A model generated the notes under the pieces. It was not told where the DNA came from. It saw only the letters and a list, made by a program, of their open reading frames with translations, and ran no database searches. 44,651 bases of DNA from a virus (taxonomy: Duplodnaviria; Caudoviricetes): IMG/VR virus record IMGVR_UViG_3300036786_000190, positions 1 through 44,651 of that record; one strand, given 5' to 3'. This document shows positions 34,463 to 42,971 of the stretch, piece after piece (the first letter of the stretch is position 1; each line of letters opens with the position of its first letter). A program made the position numbers and the translations under genes.

Positions 34463-35439
34463 GCCGGCATCCCGTTATGCTCGACGCCGTCGAGCAGGCG
34501 GCCAGCCTTCTTCTTGCCGACGCGCATCATGTAAGCACCCGTCAGGCCGTCGCCGACGAGCGTTGCGCCGCATGCCTGCTTGAGCTCAGACTCGGTGCAG
34601 GGGCGGTATTCCCCCCATTGCTTGAAGAAGAACGGCACGCCGGCGGCTGCGCATTGGTCGCGGAGCGAGCGCGCCCAGTCCGGATGCATCGGCCGCGCAT
34701 CGGCGCCGCTCTCGCCGCCGCAGATGATCCAGTCGATATCGGACAGAACGACGTCGCCGAGATCGCCGAGCAGCGGCTCGCACGAGAAGAAGCGCACCGC
34801 CGCCGGCGTCTTGCGCAGATGCCCCGCGCGGTCCAGCAGCGCCGGCCGATCCTCGATCGACGTGCCGAGCCAGACATTCGGGAGTGGCCAGCGCGTAAAG
34901 CCACTCGATCCAAAGCTGACCCCGCAACCGCGCGCGAGTTCGTCCATTATATCGAGCAGGTTACCCAGCCAATCGGCTCGTTCGAACCGCTCGTGATACC
35001 GCCGCATCCGCTCCGGCCGCTTGGTCAGCAGCTGGAAGACGTGATGCGGGCAGAGCGCCATGACGGCGAACATCCGGTCCAGCCATTCGTCCGGCACGAA
35101 GTCGGCGAAGATGTCGGTCATCGAGCCGACGAAGATCTTGCGCGGCCGCCGCCACCGGAGCGGCGCCAGCAGCATCGTCTCGTCAAGGAACAGGGTGACC
35201 TCGCCGCGCCGATCGCCCAGGCGCGTGCGATGCTTCAGATTGCCGGGCTTGTAGCCGAAGGTCGTGCCGAGCCGCCGATTGAACGCCTCCGCATAGCAGT
35301 TGCGGCACCCTTCGCTGACATGCTCGCAATGCCAGCCCGTCCGGTCCTTCCCGCTGCCGTCGCTCTGCAGCGTGATCGCGCGCGCCCGGATCGGGTTCCA
35401 GCTCGCATCGGTCCATTCGATGGCGGAGCGGTCAGCCAT
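34459..35439 (-). CDS. Phage Gp37/Gp68 (DUF5131) family, radical-SAM-like
   Basis: SAIEWTD.SWNP, C-x6-C-x2-CYA, FVGSMTDIF, LLTKRPER, FFSCEPLL, WIICGGESG and FFFKQWGE. Confidence 0.92.
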   Translation of the reverse strand: MADRSAIEWTDASWNPIRARAITLQSDGSGKDRTGWHCEHVSEGCRNCYAEAFNRRLGTTFGYKPGNLKHRTRLGDRRGEVTLFLDETMLLAPLRWRRPRKIFVGSMTDIFADFVPDEWLDRMFAVMALCPHHVFQLLTKRPERMRRYHERFERADWLGNLLDIMDELARGCGVSFGSSGFTRWPLPNVWLGTSIEDRPALLDRAGHLRKTPAAVRFFSCEPLLGDLGDVVLSDIDWIICGGESGADARPMHPDWARSLRDQCAAAGVPFFFKQWGEYRPCTESELKQACGATLVGDGLTGAYMMRVGKKKAGRLLDGVEHNGMPA

Positions 35440-35713
35440 GGGCCATCCCCAGCTCTTCGGCGAGCGCGATCAGGTCATGGTCGCCGAACGTCCCGGCCCA
35501 GCCCGCCACCTGCCAGGCGTTCGGCACCGGATAGATGACGTCGTGATTGAGCAAATACGGCCGCGCGCCGCAGCCTTCGAGGAACCGCCGCGCCGCCTCG
35601 CGCCGGGCGATGAAGGCTTCGGGGCTCCGGGGAGCGGTGCGCGCCGGGGCAAGCGGGGGGGCATGCAAGGCCCCGGCGCGATCGGCGGCAGAAAGGGGGC
35701 CGCCGAATGTCAT
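35432..35713 (-). CDS. Hypothetical protein
   Basis: ATG 35713 (ATGA overlap with the upstream gene). Confidence 0.6.
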   Translation of the reverse strand: MTFGGPLSAADRAGALHAPPLAPARTAPRSPEAFIARREAARRFLEGCGARPYLLNHDVIYPVPNAWQVAGWAGTFGDHDLIALAEELGMAHG

Positions 35714-35895
35714 GAAAACAATCCTTCCAGCACCCGCTCGGCCGCGGCGATGCCGGCGGCCATGAGCGGGCATTCGTCGAACGTGCCGGCGAGGATCCGC
35801 GCCTTCAGGCGCGGCTGATGCGGCGGCACCGCCTCGGCCACGGCGCGGCGCACGGTGAGGATATGATCGCCCGTCAGCATCGTGGCTCTAGACAT
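35710..35895 (-). CDS. Hypothetical protein
   Basis: 61-aa coupled ORF with ILAG.FDE motif. Confidence 0.62.
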   Translation of the reverse strand: MSRATMLTGDHILTVRRAVAEAVPPHQPRLKARILAGTFDECPLMAAGIAAAERVLEGLFS

Positions 35896-36421
35896 TGGAT
35901 GGCCTCCATCCCTTCGGGGTGCGCGTCGTCTTGCCGGTCGCGACGATCGTCACGACGCGGGGAATCTGCTGGTCGCCGGTCGGCCAGCTGCGAATGAAGC
36001 CGTCCTGCTTGAGCTTCGCGACGCGCCAGGCGGCCTGCTCGCGCGTCTCGAGCGCCGCGGCGCGCGCCAGCGCGGCATTGCTCGGGCAGGGCTCGTCGGC
36101 CGCCGCTGCCGCGGCCAGCGCCGCGAGGATCGCATCCAGCGCCGCATCGCCCGGCGCCTCCTGGCTCGGCAGCGGCGTCGCGCGTCGCACCAGGAGGTAG
36201 TCGCGACCCGCGCACCCGCTGGCGAGCGGGGCGAACAGATCGACCAGCCCCGCTTGGTAGAGTGCATAGGCGCGGTCGCGCGCCGGTCCGTGAACGATCG
36301 CGGGGCCGCTGCAATAGACGAAGCGGTCGCCCTTCTTCGCCGTCCGCACCCACGCGTCGATTTCCTCGACGGCCGCCACGCGGGTGGCGCAGACCATCGG
36401 TGCCGCGCCCCCCGCCGCCAT
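35888..36421 (-). CDS. Winged-helix DNA-binding protein (LexA-DBD-like C-terminal domain)
   Basis: CPSNAALA......REQA...VAKL..DGFI. Confidence 0.7.
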   Translation of the reverse strand: MAAGGAAPMVCATRVAAVEEIDAWVRTAKKGDRFVYCSGPAIVHGPARDRAYALYQAGLVDLFAPLASGCAGRDYLLVRRATPLPSQEAPGDAALDAILAALAAAAAADEPCPSNAALARAAALETREQAAWRVAKLKQDGFIRSWPTGDQQIPRVVTIVATGKTTRTPKGWRPSNV

Positions 36422-36915
36422 CAGTCGCCCTCCGCCTCGATCTGCGCCGCGAGCGCGTCGAGCGCGGCGAGGTGCTGCTGCGCCTCGGCGATCTCCTCGC
36501 GGATGCGCAGCCGCCGCACGTCGCCGGCCGAGACCCGGCCGTCACGCAGGCCCTCGCAGACCCGCTGCACGACCTCGCCGGCATCGCGCGAGATCGCGCC
36601 GATCTCGGCATGAACGTCGGCGACGACGCCACCGGCGACCGGCAGCCGCACCAGGACGTGGCCGGCCTGCCGCGCGAGCCAGCGGGGGACGTGGGGATGG
36701 CCAGGCTGGCCGTGCGTCCGCGCCTCGAGCGTCCGGACGTCGTTCACCGGCATGAAGTCGCGGGTGTGGGGCGAGCCATAGTCGCACATGCGCGACTGGC
36801 TCTTCTCGCACTCGCTCGCCGCCGCTTCCTGCCCGCCGAAGGCGCGGATCAGCGCCTTGGTCGCGGCCTTCCCGGCCTGCAGTTCGGGGGCGAGGATGAG
36901 GGTGCGGTCGCTCAT
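36421..36915 (-). CDS. CII-like phage regulatory protein
   Basis: K.A..LI...GG.EAAA......S....Y......FMP...V..LE motif; downstream of cro. Confidence 0.7.
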   Translation of the reverse strand: MSDRTLILAPELQAGKAATKALIRAFGGQEAAASECEKSQSRMCDYGSPHTRDFMPVNDVRTLEARTHGQPGHPHVPRWLARQAGHVLVRLPVAGGVVADVHAEIGAISRDAGEVVQRVCEGLRDGRVSAGDVRRLRIREEIAEAQQHLAALDALAAQIEAEGD

Positions 36916-37082
36916 TGGCGTTCGCCGGTCGCTTCCCGGAACAGGGCGACCCTGATCCAGCGCAGCTGGCCGCTGGCGAAGTCGTCGGGCCGTCGGTTCG
37001 GCGGCAGCGTGAACGAAGGCCCCGGCACCGGCCGCACATCGGCGCCGCCGACAGCGAAGGATGGAGAGGAACGGTAGCTCAT
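36912..37082 (-). CDS. Small hypothetical protein (56 aa)
   Basis: Not in the ORF track. MSYRSSPSFAVGG...ATGERQ, with ATGA overlaps at both ends. Confidence 0.55.
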   Translation of the reverse strand: MSYRSSPSFAVGGADVRPVPGPSFTLPPNRRPDDFASGQLRWIRVALFREATGERQ

Positions 37083-37474
37083 GCCGCCTCAGCCCCAGGC
37101 GTCGAAGAGGCCGGGCTCGCCGCTGGCGGCGGCGACGGCGCGGTCGTCGGCGAAGAGGTCGACGATGAAGGGGGTGCGAAAGGGCGGTGGCTGTCAGCCT
37201 CCGGCGCGTCGTGCGGGGCTTCGCCGATTATTTCGGCTGCGTTATCGGCTGACCGCGCGGCATCGAGCGGCTTATCGAGCGTCGCGTCGCGTTCCGCCAT
37301 GAAGGAGGCAACTCGGTTGAGCAGGTCGAGCGAAGGCGAGCGTCCGTCGCGGATGCTCTGGATCAGCTGCGGCTCGCCGGTCGCGTCGCGGCCGAATCTC
37401 GTCGGGCGCATGTGGTGGCGCCGGCAGAAGTCCTCGTAATGCCGGACCAGTTCTTCGCGGGTGGGAATATCCAT
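37079..37474 (-). CDS. cro: Cro-like repressor
   Basis: Divergent from cI; F..RH.M.PT.FGR.A.G.P.LI..IR.GRSP.L HTH; low-complexity C-terminal tail. Confidence 0.8.
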   Translation of the reverse strand: MDIPTREELVRHYEDFCRRHHMRPTRFGRDATGEPQLIQSIRDGRSPSLDLLNRVASFMAERDATLDKPLDAARSADNAAEIIGEAPHDAPEADSHRPFAPPSSSTSSPTTAPSPPPAASPASSTPGAEAA

Positions 37475-37479
37475 GACCT

Positions 37480-37560
37480 GCTGAATAATTCAGTGTTCGC
37501 TGACATTGCAAGGGCCAAATGTCAGCTTCAGCTAAAAAATGTTAGCAATGGCTGAAATAG
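37480..37560. promoter_or_regulatory. Right operator/promoter: three 14-bp TCAG-N6-CTGA-like operators and the cro promoter
   Basis: TCAGTGTTCGCTGA 37490-37503, TCAGCTTCAGCTAA 37522-37535, TTAGCAATGGCTGA 37542-37555; minus-strand TTGCAA-N17-TTATTC. Confidence 0.75.
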
Positions 37561-37595
37561 CGCCTGCTGCAACCGCATGCCATATCCTCGGCCCC

Positions 37596-38309
37596 ATGGA
37601 GGAGACCGTCAGTCCGCGGCTGTACGAAGCGCTCATGGCGCTGAAGCCACACGAGCTTTCCCCCAATGCCTGGACGGTGAAGGCGAAGGTGAACCGCAAC
37701 GTCTTCACGGATATCCGCAATCGCGGCCGGGCCCGCTACGATACACTCGAGAAGTTGCTCGACGCGATCGGCGTCAGCCTCGCCGCTTTCGAGGCCGAGA
37801 TCGCCCCCGTGCGAACGGAGGTCGCCGCTGTCGGCCTGCCCACGGCCGCGGAGGTCCGCCACGCCTTCCGGGGCGAGGACCCTCTGCCTGCCATCCCGGT
37901 CCTTGGGACAGCCGTTGCTGGCGAGCATGGCGACCTCGACGAGGATATCGAGTTGGTCGAGCTGCACATCAGCGATGTGCTCGACTACAAGGCGAGGCCG
38001 CTCAGCCTGGCCGAGGACCCTAGGGCCTACGGCGTGAACATCCTCACCGATTCGATGGCACCGAAGTTCGAGCCCGGCGAGACGATCGCGGTCACGCCGA
38101 GGGCTAACATCTCGATCCGCGATTACGTGCTCGTCCAGCTGCGCGGCAGCGATGGCGAGAACGAGCGCATCTCGATGGTCCTGATCAAGCGCCTGAACCG
38201 CCGCGGCGCCGCGTTCGTGGAGCTGGAGCAATTCAACCCGCCCAAGATCTTCCGCATCGACGCCCGACGCGTGGTCGCGATGCATAAGGTGGCCGGTACG
38301 CTCTTCTGA
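37596..38309 (+). CDS. cI: CI-like repressor with S24 peptidase domain
   Basis: N-terminal HTH; G.AVAG cleavage-site region; DSM.P.F.PGE (Ser) and IKRL (Lys). Start could be 37548 or 37596. Confidence 0.9.
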   Translation: MEETVSPRLYEALMALKPHELSPNAWTVKAKVNRNVFTDIRNRGRARYDTLEKLLDAIGVSLAAFEAEIAPVRTEVAAVGLPTAAEVRHAFRGEDPLPAIPVLGTAVAGEHGDLDEDIELVELHISDVLDYKARPLSLAEDPRAYGVNILTDSMAPKFEPGETIAVTPRANISIRDYVLVQLRGSDGENERISMVLIKRLNRRGAAFVELEQFNPPKIFRIDARRVVAMHKVAGTLF

Positions 38310-38618
38310 TTAGTCGGTGGACACGTCGAGCACGACACCAAACAACCCACGCACGTTTGTGCAGATGCTCATAATCTCCGCTCGAACGCTGGCGCCGCGG
38401 TCGATCCGCTCAGCAATCCAGTAATCGTCGCGCGAGATATTGCCGATCTGGACGCCACGCTCCGAGACGACGCGGACGCAATTCGCATCGAACCGATTCT
38501 CGGGATCGCGCAGCAGCTCGACGGTCTCGCCTGCACGGCAACGCGCAATCTCCTCCTGCCGCTCGCTGCCGTCCTCGTTCCGGAAGCTCTCGCCGACGAC
38601 GCCGATCGGATAACCCAT
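38310..38618 (-). CDS. Stand-alone HIRAN domain protein
   Basis: VVGESFRN...L.RDPEN.FD.N.V.V....G.QIG.I; ATG 38618 coupled to the upstream stop. Confidence 0.85.
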   Translation of the reverse strand: MGYPIGVVGESFRNEDGSERQEEIARCRAGETVELLRDPENRFDANCVRVVSERGVQIGNISRDDYWIAERIDRGASVRAEIMSICTNVRGLFGVVLDVSTD

Positions 38619-38992
38619 CAGCGGGCGGCAGCGCCTGGGCTGATCAATCCGGCATGCGCGAGACATATATCGAGAATTCGAGCGTCCTCGCTGCCGTTCT
38701 CCTCATAGATGCGATGACACTCCCGCGCTCCGAAGTGATCGAAGCCAGGATCGGCGCGCGGTCCCTCCGCTTCCTTTTCGCGCATCACAACATGGAGCAC
38801 CGCCGCGTCCTGAAATGCCATGCAGACGATCGCGGGGTCTCGGCTGCGGCCGCTGGTGCAGAAGCGCCAAGCACCCGCGCGCAAGGTGGACACCTCACCC
38901 GGCGCCGCCCGCCCAAGGAACTGGACATAGGGCGCGGGAACCGGTGGCATGGCTGGTGTCGAAACGGCAGCGGCGACGGCGAGAAGGAACAT
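38618..38992 (-). CDS. Putative exported protein with four Cys
   Basis: Hydrophobic Ala-rich N-terminus (MFLLAVAAAVSTPA), Pro linker, four Cys residues. Confidence 0.6.
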   Translation of the reverse strand: MFLLAVAAAVSTPAMPPVPAPYVQFLGRAAPGEVSTLRAGAWRFCTSGRSRDPAIVCMAFQDAAVLHVVMREKEAEGPRADPGFDHFGARECHRIYEENGSEDARILDICLAHAGLISPGAAAR

Positions 38993-39034
38993 CGGGGAGA
39001 CCTTTCCACGGTTGCAGCGCTATCATAGCAGCGA

Positions 39035-39110
39035 CGATGTCAGCGCACATTGTCAGTCATTACTGAAATACGCTCTTGACTGTCAGCAAACACTGAAAGC
39101 ATAACGCCTC
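39035..39110 (+). promoter_or_regulatory. Left operator/promoter (pL-like)
   Basis: TCAGTCATTACTGA 39053-39066 and TCAGCAAACACTGA 39083-39096; TTGACT at 39076 and GCATAAC at about 39099. Confidence 0.75.
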
Positions 39111-39133
39111 CCGTTCCACACGGGAGGTCCCGC

Positions 39134-39541
39134 ATGCTTCGCACACCCACATCCTTCCCCAATGTCGGCAGCTGGGCGCTGCTCGTCGAGGCTGGCCAGA
39201 CGCTGGCCGTCCGCATCACCGGCATCGATCCCGGCAACCCCGACTGGGTCACCGTCTCGATCGCGGGCGCCTACACCGCGAGCGGCACCCGCCGCCTCTC
39301 GCGCACCGCGTTGCTCAACGCCGACGCGCTGAGCGCCGAGGAGCGCGCCGAGCTCGATGCGATCGACGCGCGCATGGCCGGCAAGGCCCGGCCGAAGAAG
39401 GCCGACGTCGACCGCGCCAAGGCGCTCGCCGACCGCCACAACCGCGCCCGCGTCCTCCAGGCCTTGCTCGAAAAGCAGCCCGAGAAATACTTCCCCGCCG
39501 CCGCCACAGCCGCCCGCGAACGCGCCGGAGCTTCGGCATGA
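39134..39541 (+). CDS. Hypothetical protein, first gene of the pL-like operon
   Basis: GGGAGG RBS; 135 aa. Confidence 0.78.
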   Translation: MLRTPTSFPNVGSWALLVEAGQTLAVRITGIDPGNPDWVTVSIAGAYTASGTRRLSRTALLNADALSAEERAELDAIDARMAGKARPKKADVDRAKALADRHNRARVLQALLEKQPEKYFPAAATAARERAGASA

Positions 39542-39714
39542 ACGCGCCGCAATGGCAGCCGCGGCGCGCGCGCCACCTCAACGCCGACGATTTCGACCCC
39601 GCCAGCCGCAAGCATCTCGGCGACCGCCTGCTTATCGGCTTCGGCATCCTGGTCGCCCTCTACTTCGTGGGCCAGCTCATCCGGGGCCTCGTGCAGCACG
39701 GCTTCTTCGGATGA
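39538..39714 (+). CDS. Small single-TM protein (58 aa)
   Basis: Not in the ORF track. MNAPQW...LLIGFGILVALYFVGQLI...; ATGA overlaps at both ends. Confidence 0.68.
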   Translation: MNAPQWQPRRARHLNADDFDPASRKHLGDRLLIGFGILVALYFVGQLIRGLVQHGFFG

Positions 39715-41981
39715 GCCCCGCGACCCTGCTCGACCTGCCGCTGCCGGCGGCGCCGCATCCCGGATGGGGCCTGATCGTCGACAATTTCGCGGGCGGCGGC
39801 GGCGCGTCCACCGGGATCGAGGCCGCGACCGGCCGCGACGTCGATATCGCGATCAACCACGATGCCGAGGCGGTGGCGATGCACGCCGCCAACCACCCCG
39901 GCACGAGGCATCTCTGCCAGTCCATCTATGCGGTCGATCCGCTGGAGGCGGTGAGGGACGAGCACGGCGTCCCGCAGCCGGTGCTCGGCGCCTGGTTCAG
40001 CCCCGACTGCAAGCATTTCTCCAAGGCCAAGGGCGGCAAGCCCGTCGAGAAGAACATCCGCGATCTCGCCATGGTCGCGCCGCACTGGATCGAGCGGCTC
40101 GGGCCGCGCCTACGGCCGCAGATCGTCTGGCTGGAGAATGTCGAGGAGTTCCGCACATGGGGGCCGCTCGGGCCCGACAACAAGCCTTGCCCGAAGCGCC
40201 GGGGCGAGACGTTCGACCATTGGGTCGGGCGGCTGCGCAAGGCCGGCTACAAGGTCGAGTGGAAGGAGCTTCGCGCCTGCGACTATGGCGCGCCGACCAG
40301 CCGCAAGCGCCTCTATCTGATCGCCCGCTGCGACGGGAAGCCGATCGTCTGGCCCGAGCCGACCTACGGCAAGCCGGGCTCGCCCGGCGTCGTCAGCGGC
40401 AAGCTGAAGCCGTGGCGCACGGCGGCGGAGATCATCGACTGGAGCATCCCGTGTCCGTCCATCTTCGAGCGCGCGCGGCCGCTGAAGGACGCGACCTGCC
40501 GCCGCATCGCCCACGGCATCATGCGCTTCGTCGTCAACAACCCCAAGCCGTTCATCGTGCCGATCACACATGCCGGCGGCGAGGAGAGGGTCCATTCGTC
40601 CGACGAGCCGGTGCGCACTGTCACGACGGCCAGCCGCGGCGAGCTGGCGGTGGTCGCGCCGCACATCACCAAATTCAGGGGCGGCGCCATCGGCCACGAC
40701 GCCGGCGATCCGCTCCACACGGTCACCGCCAACAGCTTCATCCAGCGCCCCGGCGGCGCGACGCCGCTCGGCCTGGTGACGGCAAGGCTGGTCGCGCCGA
40801 CCTTCGTCGGCTGCGGCGGCCGCAGGGGCCAAAGCGGGCCGGTCGATCCTGAGGGGCCTTACCCGACGACAACCGCGAAGGCCGACGCCTGCCTGATCAC
40901 GGCGGCTTTGATCTCAAACCACTATACGAGCAACACGAACGGCGGCCGCGGCGACCCGCTCAAGCCGTTCAAGACCGTCACAACAGGTGGCCACCACGCC
41001 CTCGTCGCGGTGACGCTGGAGCGCCAGTTCGGACGCAGCAGGGGCGCCGACGTCACCCTGCCGGCACCGGCGGTGACGGCGGGCGGATCGGGCAAGACGG
41101 CGGCCATCGCCGTCCACCTCGTCAGCGTCGACAACACCTCGACCCGCGCCGGGCGCTACTTCCCGCCCGAGGATCCGCTGCGCACCGTCACCAGCGCTGG
41201 CGGCGGCTTCGCGGCGGTCGCGGCGACCTTGATCCAGACCGGCTATGGCGAGCGGAACGGTCAGGCGCCGCGCGTGCTCAACCTCGGCCTGCCGCTCGGC
41301 ACCGTCGTCGGCGGCGCGGCGAAGCACGCGCTGGTCGCGGCATTCCTCGAGAAGTTCGCCGAGAACAGCAAGGGCAAGCCAGCCGAGGCCCCGCTCGACA
41401 CAGTCATGGCGGGCGCGGCGCGCCATTCCGTCGTCTGCGCCCATATCGAGCAGGCCAATACCGGCATGGTCGGCCACCCGCCGGAGAAGCCGCTCTCGAC
41501 GATCGTCGGCAAGGGCTGCACTCAGCGCATCGCCGCGACCAGCCTCGTCAAGCTGCGCGGCACGTCGAAGGACGGCCAGCCGGCCGACGAGCCGCTCCAC
41601 ACCGTCTCCGCCGGCGGCACCCACTTCGCCGAGGTGGCGGCCTTCCTCGTCAAATATTACGGTAACGAGCAGAGCGGCCATGGCGTCGAGAAGCCGATCG
41701 ACACGATCCCGACGAAGGATCGCTACGGGCTTGTGACCGTCATGATCGACGGCGAGGAATATGTCATCGCCGACATCGGCATGCGGATGCTGACGCCGCG
41801 CGAGCTCGCGCGGGCCCAGGGCTTTCCCGACAGCTACGTCCTCGACCCGATCGTCAACGGCAAGCCGCTCACCAAGACGGCGCAGATCCGCATGATCGGC
41901 AACAGCGTCTGCCCGCCCATGGCCGAGGCGCTCGTCCGCGCGAACCTCGGCGAGGCCGAGCCCCAGGCGGTGGCCGCGTGA
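39711..41981 (+). CDS. DNA (cytosine-5) methyltransferase with repeat-expanded variable region
   Basis: ATG 39711. Motif I DNFAGGGGAS, IV FSPDCKHFS, VI LENVEEF, VIII RKRLY, IX RMLTPRELARAQGFP, X IGNSVCP. Confidence 0.93.
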   Translation: MSPATLLDLPLPAAPHPGWGLIVDNFAGGGGASTGIEAATGRDVDIAINHDAEAVAMHAANHPGTRHLCQSIYAVDPLEAVRDEHGVPQPVLGAWFSPDCKHFSKAKGGKPVEKNIRDLAMVAPHWIERLGPRLRPQIVWLENVEEFRTWGPLGPDNKPCPKRRGETFDHWVGRLRKAGYKVEWKELRACDYGAPTSRKRLYLIARCDGKPIVWPEPTYGKPGSPGVVSGKLKPWRTAAEIIDWSIPCPSIFERARPLKDATCRRIAHGIMRFVVNNPKPFIVPITHAGGEERVHSSDEPVRTVTTASRGELAVVAPHITKFRGGAIGHDAGDPLHTVTANSFIQRPGGATPLGLVTARLVAPTFVGCGGRRGQSGPVDPEGPYPTTTAKADACLITAALISNHYTSNTNGGRGDPLKPFKTVTTGGHHALVAVTLERQFGRSRGADVTLPAPAVTAGGSGKTAAIAVHLVSVDNTSTRAGRYFPPEDPLRTVTSAGGGFAAVAATLIQTGYGERNGQAPRVLNLGLPLGTVVGGAAKHALVAAFLEKFAENSKGKPAEAPLDTVMAGAARHSVVCAHIEQANTGMVGHPPEKPLSTIVGKGCTQRIAATSLVKLRGTSKDGQPADEPLHTVSAGGTHFAEVAAFLVKYYGNEQSGHGVEKPIDTIPTKDRYGLVTVMIDGEEYVIADIGMRMLTPRELARAQGFPDSYVLDPIVNGKPLTKTAQIRMIGNSVCPPMAEALVRANLGEAEPQAVAA

Positions 41982-42382
41982 AGGTCGTGCCAGCCTGTCT
42001 ACCGGCGCCGCAGGGCTCGATCCGGGCCTGGCTGGCGACGATGGCGCGGGCCGAGCATGCGGCGCGCGTCACCCATTATCCGGCACAGGTCGAGGCCGGC
42101 GAGATCGAGCGCGGCGACGCCGCCGACGATATCGCCGCCTGGGACGCGATCGCGCGGCTCTTCGCCGAGGGCTCTGTCGAAACCGAGCTGCCATGGGGCG
42201 CGCTCGAGCTTGCCGCCGCGCGGGCGCTCCGGCGCCGCGAGGATGCCTGCCTCGCCAGCCCGGCAAGCGAGGCGCTCCGCCGCCGCCGCGACGCCGTGCA
42301 GGCGATCCACGACCGCATCGTCTGGACCCGCAACCACTGGACGGGCGCGCCCACACCAGCCGCCAAGGCCGAAGCCGCATGA
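41978..42382 (+). CDS. Hypothetical protein
   Basis: GTGA-coupled 134-aa ORF; R...YP..V.AG.I motif. Confidence 0.72.
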   Translation: MKVVPACLPAPQGSIRAWLATMARAEHAARVTHYPAQVEAGEIERGDAADDIAAWDAIARLFAEGSVETELPWGALELAAARALRRREDACLASPASEALRRRRDAVQAIHDRIVWTRNHWTGAPTPAAKAEAA

Positions 42383-42768
42383 GCGAGGCCGTCTTAGACG
42401 CCGTGCCGCAAACGGCCGTTCCCGCGGCAGGGGAGGTTGCGCGCACCAACCGGGGCTCGCGCCGCTGCCCGGAATGCCTCGCGGCGTTCGGCGCGGTCCA
42501 GCCGGGGCAGCTTTTTTGCTGCCGGGAGCATAAGCGCGCCTACAACAATCGCTGGCTGAAGCGCGGCGCCGTTATCGCGCCGCTCTATGCCGCGGCATGG
42601 CAGACCCGCGACGGCACGCGCGGCGACAAGGCGACCGGCAAACGCGCGAGACAAGACTCGCGGCAACTCATTCAGCGCTGGAAGGACGAGGACGCAGCCG
42701 CCGGCCGCATGTCGGTCGTCGACTATATGGCCGCCCGCTACCGCCTCGGCCTGGTCGAGGTGGCGTGA
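42379..42768 (+). CDS. Zinc-finger hypothetical protein
   Basis: ATG 42379; CPEC...F.......FCC..H. Confidence 0.72.
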   Translation: MSEAVLDAVPQTAVPAAGEVARTNRGSRRCPECLAAFGAVQPGQLFCCREHKRAYNNRWLKRGAVIAPLYAAAWQTRDGTRGDKATGKRARQDSRQLIQRWKDEDAAAGRMSVVDYMAARYRLGLVEVA

Positions 42769-42971
42769 TGGCCACGGCCGCCGTCCCGCGTCCGGCCTAT
42801 GCGCGAAGCCCCGAGATCAAGCGGCTGATGAAGGCGGCGCGCGACAGCGGGCTTGACCCGGCGGGGTTCGAGGCGCTTCCTGACGGCACCGTGCGCGTGC
42901 TGGAGGCGCGGGCGATTCCGAAGCCGGCTGAGAACATCTTCGACAGGCTGGTGGCCGAGGGAAAGATATGA
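42768..42971 (+). CDS. Small protein of integrase operon (possible recombination directionality factor)
   Basis: TGATG-coupled; EIKRLMKAARDSGL....E..PDGTVRV. Function inferred from size and position only. Confidence 0.6.
   Translation: MATAAVPRPAYARSPEIKRLMKAARDSGLDPAGFEALPDGTVRVLEARAIPKPAENIFDRLVAEGKI

Noticed and set aside
37079-37260. Ser/Pro-rich C-terminal tail of Cro as a distinct domain
   Set aside because: Low-complexity sequence with no motif. It is coupled to the next ORF, but there is no evidence of a separate function.
39357-39710. N-terminal extension of the C5 MTase given in the ORF track
   Set aside because: It overlaps two better-supported genes; ATG 39711 gives an ATGA overlap and places motif I near the N-terminus.
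31593-41981. Restriction-modification or DISARM/BREX defence system
   Set aside because: No endonuclease or other system components recognised; the MTases sit in lytic early operons as orphans.
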